A stretch of 64,000 bases of DNA from Monocercomonoides exilis PA203 (lineage: Eukaryota > Protista > Preaxostyla), in NCBI GenBank assembly GCA_001643675.2, contig LSRY02000027.1:868001-932000 (forward strand), read 5' to 3'. Under the pieces are notes generated by a model. The model had not been told where the DNA came from. It saw only the letters and a list, made by a program, of their open reading frames with translations, and ran no database searches. Position 1 is the first letter of the stretch; each line of letters begins with the position of its first letter. Shown in pieces: positions 28,301-40,300 of the stretch. The position numbers were made by a program, and so were the translations under genes.

Positions 28301-31300
28301 ATTTTTATAGAATCTCTCGCAATGTGATGATTAAGAGAGCGTGTCTGCCTGTTTATTGCATACGGAATCGTTGCACATGGATTATCGTAAATTCCGCAAT
28401 TCGAAACATCTTCTCCATTTAAAGTATTGGATTGTACAAGAATGAACTCAGATTGATCCATAAGGAAATAACCAAGAGATAAGAAAATAGTTGGATTGGA
28501 GTAATATACGCCAACAAGGTCATTACGATCCCAAGCCCACTGCTCTTCAACAGTTGGGTATTTATTGGTATCATAATAGGAAAAGAAAGCAAAGCTATTT
28601 CTTGTGATAGAAGTTGAAAGATTTGGTGCCGATATAAAAATCGAATGTCCATTTCGAGCAGAACATCCTGTAAAGACGTTTGATTTGAAAGAACTTCCAG
28701 AGATAGTTTTGTTTTCGAACGCCAAGAAACAATTGGCATCTGAGCACACAACCATAACAGCACCACCTCTTCCAGATGTTGTTGGAACTGCACAATCTTT
28801 AAATGAGTTGGCAATGAACCTTGCAGAAGCAGTTGCATCGATCATGCAACAATAAACTGCGCCACCTTCCGCATTATCGCCTTCAACAGTACAATTTGAA
28901 AAGAAGCATTCATCCAACACCAAATTCGAACCAGCGTCCAATTCAGCATTCAAACATGAGCCTTTTCCAGACCTCCTTAAAATCGATAAAAATGGGCATT
29001 GAGCAATATTTACTGTTCCTCTTGTTCTAATTTCAATTGGGCAAAAATTGGATAAAGAAATATTACTAAATACAGCGCATAATAAAGAAATGTTTGACAA
29101 GTCACAACATTCTATTAAAGAGGTCTCTAAAGAATCCATATCTGAAAATGTAACAGCGCCTGAATCAGTTTGATTGAATGAAATCATCGAACTTCCACTT
29201 GACGAAATCAAAGGAGAAGTCAAAGATTTAAATTCATAAAAAGAAGTGCTGCTCAAAAATATCCTCCCTGTTCCAGACGCACTTATGAGAGGCGCATCCG
29301 TTGAGCCTCTTTGCTTTATTGAGGAACTTTCAATAGTTACATCTCCTGCGCTCACAGTGATCATTGAAGATCCTTCAAATAAAGGCATCACAGATGTTGA
29401 AACATTCAGAACAAATGAAAATCCAGTAACTTTCACTACACCTGCAAGAACCGATAGAAATGAAAAAGTCAATGCTGTAGAATCATCCTTTGGTATTAAT
29501 TTGCAACTAACTAACTTCAGTGAAGATGAAGTCACTTTAAAGATTGAACGAAGAGAAGCAGAAAAAGATAAAGCCGAAAAAGTTGTTGAATATATTTCCC
29601 AAGGAACAGAAATAACAAATATGTTTGAATTGCTTTCTGTCTGTTGGTTAATGTTTAATGAAACATTTTCATCTTCTTGGGAAGCTTGGATTGTAACCGT
29701 CCCTTCAGAGTAGCTCAGCTCATTTGCTTGGTTCACTGACTGTACAATTTTCGCACTTTTTTCATTTGTTCCATTCTGCTGATTAAACAAATATGCAATC
29801 GAAGCACAAGGATATTCTTCAGATCCGCAAGCAGTGCTGTCAGTTCCGCTCGTTGACACAAAAACAAGAGGCGAACCAGAGAAATAGAACTTTATTGGAA
29901 CAACAGATGCCATATCAGGAAGGTCGTATCCACAATAATCGTATTCATCCATATTTGGCTTATCAAAGTTCACAAATGCAGAATCAGCAGAAATAGTGGT
30001 TCTCAATTCTGGAGATGCAATGAATAAAACATTACCATGTTCGGCTTTATTATCTGCAAGAATTGTGGTTTCAAAAACCGTCAGGCTGAAAGTACATAAC
30101 CGATCATCAATGAGGAAAAATATTGCTCCTCCCTTTCCATTTGCTCCTTCAATGAATGGAGCTGAGCATGAAGAAAATGAATTGTTTGTGAACGACGGAA
30201 CAGATGTTGTTGAAGAAACCTCACAGAAAATTGCTCCACCACAATTTGCTGCAGACTTAACACATGAATATGTGAAAGTGTTGTTGCTGATTGTTGTGGA
30301 TCCATCTTTTGCGATAACGTTAAGAGCCGAACCATTTCCATCAGTAAGTGAAATCAAATCAAAACCGCAGCTTTCCATTGAAAACTCACCAAGTGAATTG
30401 CTCTCAATAGTTGATGATCTTTGAAGAATGATAGAATTAAAATCAACTCCATTCAATGTTAACTTTGATGAATCGCTTGCAGATAAAATGCACGCTGAGC
30501 TTTGAATGTTTTTAAATGAAATCAAATCACTTTCATTGTTATAAATTGAGGCAACTCCTGATCCGCTGACAGAAATAAGAGGCTGAGATAAACTTTCGTA
30601 ATTCTGAAATTTCGTATTTTGCAGAATAAGTTGCCCAGATTGTGGGACCTTCAATAAAGGAACACTGTTTGAAGCTCTTTTTTCAAATGACGAAGAAGAA
30701 ATAGTCGCCTTACCGCTTGTAATTTCAATCATTGGAAAGGCATCGAAAAGAGGATCAGAAGTCAAAGTGTCTGTGAGATCTATTGAAAAGCCCTCAATCA
30801 TTAGAATTCCATTCTGAACAGTTATAAACGAAAAATTGAATGAAGATTCATCTGTTTTTGGTTTAAGCGAGCAGGTGGATAACGTTAACGAAGAAGTTGA
30901 AACCAAGAAAAGAGTTGTTAGATAATATGATGGAGATGTGAAGTTGAACTGAATAAAGGATAATGTCCAAGGCACTTTGACTTCAAATTCAACTGTAACT
31001 GAAATGCCCGTTTGGAGCATGTTAATTATTGCAATATCTCCTTCTGTTGAACTTGTTATTTCGACTGATCCTTCTGTGTACGATGTTAATGCGACAACTT
31101 GGTTGCAGGCTTCCAAAATTTTTGCTTTGCGAGTTTCAGTATTCCGTCTTTGGAATGCATAATCCAACGATTCACAAGGATAATAAACAGCCACACCAGA
31201 TATATTCTCTGATACACCACAAGCATCATTGTTATATCCATCTTTTCCAACCAAAATATAATCGCTAATTGATGAAAAGAAGAACACCAGAGGAATTGCT

Positions 31301-34300
31301 ACCGTTTCATTGCCATCTGTATATCCTGCCATTGATTCAACAGAAAGCGGTGGTATTCTTTCGGTTGCCCAGAAATTTTCTTGCGTTAGAGATGCCGACA
31401 AATCGGTGCTTGTCACAAATAGATCTTTTCCGAATGATGCATCATTATCACTCAACTCATTTGTATTAAGCAAAAATTTCCATTTGACTTCGAGTGAATT
31501 GAGAGTCAGAAACACCCCTCCTCCTTTTCCAGTGCTGTCGTCCGAAAGAGCGGTGCACATTGTGATGTTATTTCCACTCATTATCCATTCAGCTGTGTCA
31601 TTCAACGAAGCAAAAACAGCTCCCCCACCTGACCTGCTTCCAGATGAAGAACACTTCCAAAATTTATTATTGGTAATAGATATCTTCCAATTTGAAGAAG
31701 ATGATGAAATGCAACTTCCGCTCAAAGAATTTCTCTTGACAGACGTAAATGAGCATCCATCAATAGTCACAGATCCGCAATCAAGCGTTGAAATTGCAGC
31801 TCCATTGACAAGTGTAACGTTTGAAACTGTTAAATTGTGAATTGTCACATAGCATTCTGAAAAAGATAAAAGATCCAGTTGCACCGATGTGACAGTATCG
31901 CAAATAGAGCAACCATCAAAAGAGACAGTTGTTGAATTAGAACATTTAAGCAATGAAGAAGAAAGCGATTCAAAGTATCCAAATGATACATTTGTGAGAG
32001 AAGCACTTCTCCCAAATAGTAATATCAGAGATTCAGAACTTGCTGCTCTTCCCAAAATGGTTGAAGCAGACATTGTAAGAATTCCTGTGCCATTTGCAAT
32101 AAAAAGAGGCACACAAATAATGGGACTTTGCGGGTAAGGTGGTGAATGCTCAAAAGAAAAATTTGAAACGCAAAGTTCACCAGCAATGGCACATGCAAAC
32201 GAAAAATTAAGGGGAACGCTTTCATCATCTAATGGACGAAGTTGACATGATGAAACTGTCAAAATAGATTCCAATACTAAAAATATAGAAGAAAGAGAAC
32301 GCGATGAAGTTACTGTGAACAGAAGCCCATCAACAGTTACAGGAACAGAAGTTTCAATGCAGCTGGTGTCGCCTTCTAATTCTTGTTGAATGTTCAATGA
32401 ATCACGAGGAGTGCTGACTGTTAGTTGCAGCTCGTTATTCGAAAAAGCCACTTTTTGTTTCTGATTCAGCTTTCCAAAAATTACAACTTTTCTTAACGAA
32501 TCATTTTGCAGAGAAAATGAATAGAATAATGTCAAGCATGGATATTCAATGTTTCCGCAAGCTGTGGTATCCTCTGCTCCGGTAACAGTTGATGATACAT
32601 AAAATCCAGAAGGTTTGGGCAAAAAGTAATACTTTAAAGGAACATATATATTCGTTACATCTCCATCAATCCCAATAAAATCTTCGTTTAGCCAATTTTG
32701 ATAATCGAATCCAGAAAAGTGTGCTGTTGAAGCAGAGAGTAATAATGATGGAGAGGCAACAAAAATGTGCTTTCCTTGTTCAGCTTTGTTGTCAAGCCAA
32801 TCATTAGAAGATGAGTTTGTGAGCATAAAATTTGTGTTGGTGCTTGATAGCTCCAAGAACAATCCGCCACCTTTCCCTCCATCATCCTCTTTTGCTTTGC
32901 ATTGCTGAATGAAATTTTGGTTCAAGTTAAATGAAGGAAGATCCCCTTCAAGCTTAACATACATCGCGCCTCCACAAGAGTTTGAAGTTGTGCAACTGGA
33001 TAACCGCATTGTGTTGTTTTGGATGATTATAACACCATTCTCAGCGCTGCACTTAAGGCAAGAACCATTTCCTTCATTGTTGACAATTCCTTGGAAAACT
33101 GTTGTACCGATGGTTATTGAGCCAGATGTGGCTGTCTCAATAAGCGACCCGGAAGTATGCACCAATGATTCAAACGTACAATTGCTGATAGAAATGCTTG
33201 ATAGCGTGCTCAAGGTGACAAGTGAGGCAGTCAAATCAGTGAAATTCTTAAACGTTGTGTCTTGAAGATCCAGTGATGATTGTTCGCTGCACATGATGAA
33301 AGAAGATAAAGATGATGGACGCATCTCGAAAGTGGTGTGAATCAGATTCAAATGACACTCGCCTCCAATTGATGCAAATGGAACGCCATCAAAAAGCAAA
33401 TTCGTTGAAACAGCAGAGAAATCGTATTTAAAGGTGTTGAATGAAACAGTTCCTCCTGTAGCATACAAAAATGAGAATTTGAATCGCTCTGAGTCAGTGC
33501 ATGTTCGTAAAGAGCAAGAAGACACATCCAATGATGCGGAGGTTATTCTAATTGCTGCTGTGAGCGTTGTAGAATCTGTTGTAAACGCAAAGATAAGTGA
33601 AGAAAATGTCCACGGTATGCTAACATCATACATTTCAGCTTCAGTGAAAGAAGTTACATTTGATGTCAGCAGCGAATATGAAGAAGGAGATAACCCTGAT
33701 ATTGAGACAGAACCGCTTGAATAGTTCAAAAGCGATGCTTGCGTTATGGATTCAATAACCTTCACTGAACGAGTCTCATTATCTTGGTGAAGAAATGCTT
33801 GTGCAATGGTTATACATGGATTATTGATCACCCCGCACGATTGATCATCTTGTCCATCGAACTTCACATAAACAGAAGAAAGATCAAACAAAAAATTGCT
33901 TATAGGCAAAATATTCGTCGAATTTTCATTTTCACAGCACTCAAACCCTTGCTGATCCCACTCGATTGGGAAAAATCCAATAAAAGAAGTTGTTGATATC
34001 GCATTTCTAAGTTTCAAAGCATCAATGAATATATTCTTTCCATATTTGGCATAGTTATTATTCCATTGAGCAAGTGAAAAATTGTATATCTTAAAACCAC
34101 AGTTCTCATCAGTCAATCGAAAGAATACTCCTCCTCCCCTTCCTTCGTCGCTAACTGCTGCTGAGCATTGCACAAAAGTGCAGTTGTTCAGGATTGGGGC
34201 GCACACAGCCGAATCAAGTAAAAAGCTAACGGAGCCTCCACTAACACCTCCACCCGAAGAAGTGCATTGAGCAAATGAGCAATTGACAAAAGAGAAGTTC

Positions 34301-37300
34301 TTTGAAGGAGAATCTAAAAGAGTATATCGAGCTAATACAGCCGAGCCGTTGCATCCAATAGAATTTATGCGATTGAATTGCGTGGATGAAAAGGAGATAT
34401 TTGAAGATTCCTCAATGTCAATAAGTGCTTTTGCGGATAGTTCAGCGCAATTCAATGAAGTATCCTCAAATGAAACAAATGCAGAGTTTTTTATTGAAAT
34501 AAACGAGCAATTGAGAATGATTTTTGCTGTTGGATCGATTGCAAAGTCTTCTGGAACAAATGTAAATCTATACAAGCTTGTAAATCCTCCGCTTGCAACC
34601 AGAAAAGTTATAGAAAATGATGGATTTGTTCCTTGAGGCTTTAAAGTGCAATTTGATAGAGTTGTTGCAGAAGCACAAACTTCAAACAAACAAGAAGCAG
34701 AAGCAACGTTTGTAACCTTCAAATTCATTGACTCTATTGTCAGGGGGCTATTCGAAGTCACAATTGCAGTTTCAGCATTCATAGAATTCAAAGAAGCAAC
34801 GTCAAAAATAATGTTCATCTGCGCCGAAGGATTTGTTGGACTTGTGGTGATTTTAACTGACCCGCTATCAAACGTCAATGAATTGTGAATTGTTAATGAA
34901 GAGATAACTGCAATTTCTTTGTTCTCTGAAGTGACTCTGCTCAATGCCACTGGTAATGAGACGCAAGGAAGTTCAGAATGTCCGCATGGAACGGCATTCC
35001 AGCTTGCGCTGTTGTCAACAAATACCTTTTCTAGCTCTCCAAGATAAAAGAAAAGCGAAAAAGCAGGTCTGTCTGAAGAGTCCATCCCAACAGCATCGTT
35101 CAATCCCCAGCACTGTTCATACGAAAAGCCGGGAAGCATTTCGGCTTTCAATGAAGCGTTCAAAGAGGATGCAAAAACAAAAATGTTTGATCCAAATTGT
35201 GCGGCATTATCACTCCATAAAGCAGCAGATGTGGTGTTTTTAATTTCAAAAGTTGAATAATCGGCTGGAATTTCTAAATAAAGTCCTCCTCCTTTTCCTC
35301 CATTTGTGAATGCATCTTCATTTGAAAAAGCGCTTATTGTTTCACCCGCTGCGCACTTTGTCATTCCGCAATTAGAAAATTGCATTGACGATCCTGATTT
35401 AATTTTCAAATAAAGCGCTCCTCCACAAGTTTGAGGAGCAGAAGATGAACAGTTTGTAAAACTATTGTTGGACAGCAAAACATCTGATGACAGATTGCAA
35501 ACAAGAACGCTTGATTGTTTATTTTCGCTGCTTGTACGAGAAATTGAAGAAAAATTTGTGTTGCTGATTGAGATTGAAGATGAACTTTGGGAATCAATAA
35601 GTGAAGTACTCAGAAAAGAAGAAGAAAAATAGCTATTTGTAATTGAAAGAGAAGATGGCTCAGCCATTCTGATAAATGGAAAAGCTAAAGCATTTGTCTC
35701 ACTTGAGGCGGAATTTGAATAATTTAATGTGATTAAACTAACAGAAGATTCTGAAGAAACAGAAATAAAAGGGGCTTCCGTTGATCGCATATTGCTCAGA
35801 AATGATTGGATCCAATAAACAGCTGAAGGACCACCGACATCCAAAAAACTGCTGCCTCTCCAAGTCATATCAGAAAAATTGGCGTTTTCCAAACGAATTA
35901 TTCCATGAAGACAACTTGCAAATGCAAAATGAAACTGTGTATTTCCAGTTGAGACAATCGTGAAATTCAAAACTGTCAAAATAGCATCTTCCGTCATTGT
36001 CTGAAACAGCGAAGTTAAACTACCCAGTGTTGATGAAACTTTAAATTTGGATGAATATACCATAAACTCTGAGGAAATGGGAAGCATAGATGAATAAGAT
36101 GCAGAAGGAGTTGGATTTGAATAAATTTCAATAATTGATGAAGTTGAAGCTGAAGACAAAGAATTTATTTGCGATGGAAATACGTATGCCCCAGTAAATA
36201 CATAGCTTTCCTTCACAAAAATTTTACATCCGGACGAAGCTAGTAAACGGTTCCTTATTGCACCAGGAATATCGCGGCATGGAAATGCAGAACTTCCACA
36301 AGATGTATGCTCAAAGCCACCGTTGATGTATTTGCTGCTATTGGTTTCAAACGCAGTATCAGGGCCATCGATATACGCTTCTGCAGGATTTCTATTCGCA
36401 AGAACGGCTTGAAGAGATATCGGAATCTTGTCATTTCCTTCAAATCCAATAAAAAGATGATACAGCGATGTGTTGCTCATTTGCTCCTCCTGGATATCAC
36501 TGAATCTTCCTTTTTCGTAAAGTATTTCTGTCAAATTCGGACCCATCAAGAATACATTGCATCCGCTGAATGATGAGCATTCAGTGTAAGTGTTGCCCTG
36601 GAAGCTAAAGTTGTGAAGAGCGCTATCGTCAATTAAAGCAGCACAGCCACCAAACCCGTAAGTTGAAGGAGCTTTGCATTTCACGAAGCTGTTGGATATT
36701 AGCTCAAAAGTTTCCGTATTTTGTAAATTGGCATAAATAGCACCACCAAATGTTGATGTGCCGGTTGATGAGCAATTTGTGAAATGATTAAATTGCAGAG
36801 ATAGTTGATCGTTTGAATTGCGCATGCCAACATAATAAACAGCTGATCCGTTTCTGTTTGATTCAACATTCTCAAATGAACAACTGTCCATAAAGAAAGA
36901 ATTGCAATTGGTTATTTGGAGAAATGAAGATGAAATCATGGAAATGTTACTAATTGTGCATAAAGTGAGGCTAACATTTTCCGCATCATCTATTTGGATT
37001 AATGGAGATTGCGGTCCATTGCAGTTGTTGAAAGAAACAGCGTTTGCCGTAAATGCAGATTGAACACTGGATATTAATATGAAAGGTTTATCGCTCAACG
37101 ATGGTAATGTCGAAGAAAAATTACAGTTCGAAGTATACACTAAACCTCCATTTGCTTTCAGAAAAGAGTACTTTATGCCAAGTGGAGACGCAGTATTTGG
37201 AAGAGCACCATTTGCGTTAGCAATTTGGCAATATGCAAATGAAATTGCCCCCGCTGCGCAAAGAAATATGCAATCCTGAGATAAATCAGTTGGCAAACAG

Positions 37301-40300
37301 AAAAAAATTGTATCGATCAGTGTGCTCACATGTGTTTCAATACACGAACCAGCAGTGACAACTCCGTTTAAAGAAAAATTCAACATTTTATTGCTGGCAA
37401 TTCCGGTCATGCTCATTGATGTATCGGCTACGACAAATGGTGAACTTAGATTATATATCGAGTCGCCAAATTGGAAGCGAACATGATCTGTATCACTTCC
37501 AAAATAGTTAAGAGCAAATGTTATTGTGCTGCACGGAAGCTCAGTACTTCCACATCCAGCTATATCAACCCCACTTCGTGAAGATATGAACACAACACCA
37601 GTGTTTCCATTCAAAAATGGCTTTAAGTCAAGAATTTCATCTGTGTTTGGTTGCTCTACTCCTTGAAAGCCCTTTTCTTCAGTCCAGTTGAAATTGCCTT
37701 GGAATGAATTATTTGTGACGACATTGAATAATTTTTTCGACTCAATAAACACATTTTGGCCATGCTCTGCTCTGCACAATGCAAATGCATTATTAATAAG
37801 TTTAAAGGGAGAAATGGTTGTTAGGCACTTCAGATAAATTCCACCTCCTCTTCCTTTAGAGCCAGTTGATGTCTGAGTCTCACATTTAGAAAAAGAAGAT
37901 CCATTAACAATCATATCGTTGCCTTCATTCAGTGAAAAATATGAAGAACCTCCGCAGCATTGAGAGGCTGTTACTGAACACTCAACAAACGAGCATTGCT
38001 CAATCACAGAAGTGTACAAAGGAGTGCGTACGCTTATCGCACCGCCAGAACTAACTGTTTGTGTTATGTTTATAAAAGTCACCAACTGCAAAGTTAATGT
38101 GGCTCCTTCAACAGAAAAAAGCGGCTGTTCATTGGCAGCAGTGTTGGATATCGTTGAATTCACCCACGTCAACGAGGCTCTTTCTTTCGCAACAGCAAGC
38201 CAAGTGCCTGCAGCAGGACTCGACGATTGAGAATATACAAATGAAAACGAAGACACTGAAAGTGATGCTCCGTTGCTGCCTTCAATGAGTGGATTTCTCA
38301 GAGAACGCAGAAGCGGGGCAGTGCAATCAAAAATGTGGAGCAAACCTCCTGTCGCATAAAAAAGGCGCGTCATAAATGGAGACGATGGATCAGAAGCAGA
38401 CAAAGTGCACTGCTCAAATGAAAGCGATCCAGATGACGTGCGACACAAAAACAGACTCTCGTAATTCGGTGAAATGACGATCGAAGGGATTGAAATGGAT
38501 GCACTTAGAAAAATTACAGTTGTTTCTACAATAACAGCTGCTGTAAGAGATGAATTGGTGTTTGTGTGTGTAGTAAAAGAAGGAGTACGCGAAGATGTCG
38601 GGGAAGATTTGATTAACCAGGAGCTGGTTCGCAGAGTGAGCTGTGTTGTGAAGTCAAAATTATTCAATGAAATGCGTTTTTGCGAGAACGAAAAAAAAGA
38701 AGAAGAAGCTAAAAAAGTTGCACATGGAATATCTTCCAAGCCGCAGATATTGCTGTCTTTGCCGTCATCAGAGCTAACCACCACAAAGTCTGGCATATCT
38801 CTGAAAAACAGCTGAATCGGATAACAAGAATCGTCTCCTGTTTCATCGCTCCACAGCATCGACTCAACCTGCGGGTCAGTCGCCATGTTTGCAGCAAACG
38901 AAGCCTGAGCTGACAATCTTGTTAGTCCAGGAGCCTCAACAAACAGCTTCTGCGCTTTGAATGCGGTGCATGATGCAAAAGGATGCGCTCCCATAAACCA
39001 AAACTGAGAGCTTGTTGGAGAGCAACGCAGAGCAACTCCACCACCCATTCTTTGAAACGATGACAGATCTCCAGCGCCACACGATGAGAAAGTCGAAAGC
39101 GTGGAGTTTACCAAGAATTCAGCAGATGACTGCGAAATATAAGCATAAACAGCACCGCCAAAGCCATTTGTTGTTTTTGCATTGAGGATAGACGAGTTTA
39201 TGAATTTTAACGATGAAGTCGATTGACCTAAAATTGCTTCTACAAATGAACCATTTCCTGCTGTTCTCGTTATATCTGAGGCAATCGTTCCATTTGCAAA
39301 CTGAAATTGAGAAGCACCACTAAGTCTGATTGCAGCTTGATCGGTGAGATTAACTTGCGAAATTTCACAGCCTGAAGTGTTGACAGATCCTCCATTAAGA
39401 TCAAAGATAGGGCAGCTTTGCATTGAAAAATGTGAGATTGTAGAGCGATCAAAATTAACTTTCCCACCTTTCAAAGTAATAAGCGGATACAATAACTGAG
39501 ATTCGCTGTTGGTGATGAATGCACACAGTATGAAATTGATTGTTCCAGTTGATGATCCTTCCAAGTCAAGCACAGAACGCGATGAAGCGCTCTGTGAAAT
39601 CGCAAGCTCCGATAGCTGAACAGTTTTTGAAAAGCTTCCTGTTATAAGCCCTTTGCTTACAACAACTGGATTGGCAGATGTCGATTCGGTTTTTCGGATA
39701 GAAACATTCGAGCCAGTAAAAATCCAACCTTGTTCTTCGGAAAACGTTTCATTTGGAAGAACAATCACATTCCTTGCAGCAGTTGTAAGCGATGCAGCAT
39801 AAGCGATTGTCAAGCAAGGGAACAACGAAAGATAACCACAAAACTGGCTATTGCTTCCATTTGAGGCATAGACAAGTATTTCTGACTGCTGATGAGCATC
39901 ATCTGGCTCGATAAGCACTGAAGAAATAGTCGCAGTTCCAATTTGGAAACGCGGCTGTGGGCTGACCGAGCGGCAATGTGTAAAAACGGACTCTTCTCCA
40001 TACACCAAGAGCCAGTTGTTGGATAAGAAGACGTCTGTGGCCCCAGAAGCACCAGCAGAGCCTGATGCGGAATTTTGAACGAATATGTTTTCACTTAAAA
40101 AAATAAGAGGAGATGAAGCTGTATTTTCTGGATAGTCAGAAAAGAAGATAGATCCTTTGCCATTTGAAGTTGAGCACTGATAAAAAATTAATGAAGAGAT
40201 GGAAACTGTGCCGTAGGTACCTGTAACAGCAATTGCACTTCCATGGCTCTGAGATGTTGCATTCTGAATGACGCATTCTTCAATTATCGACCCAGCAAGA

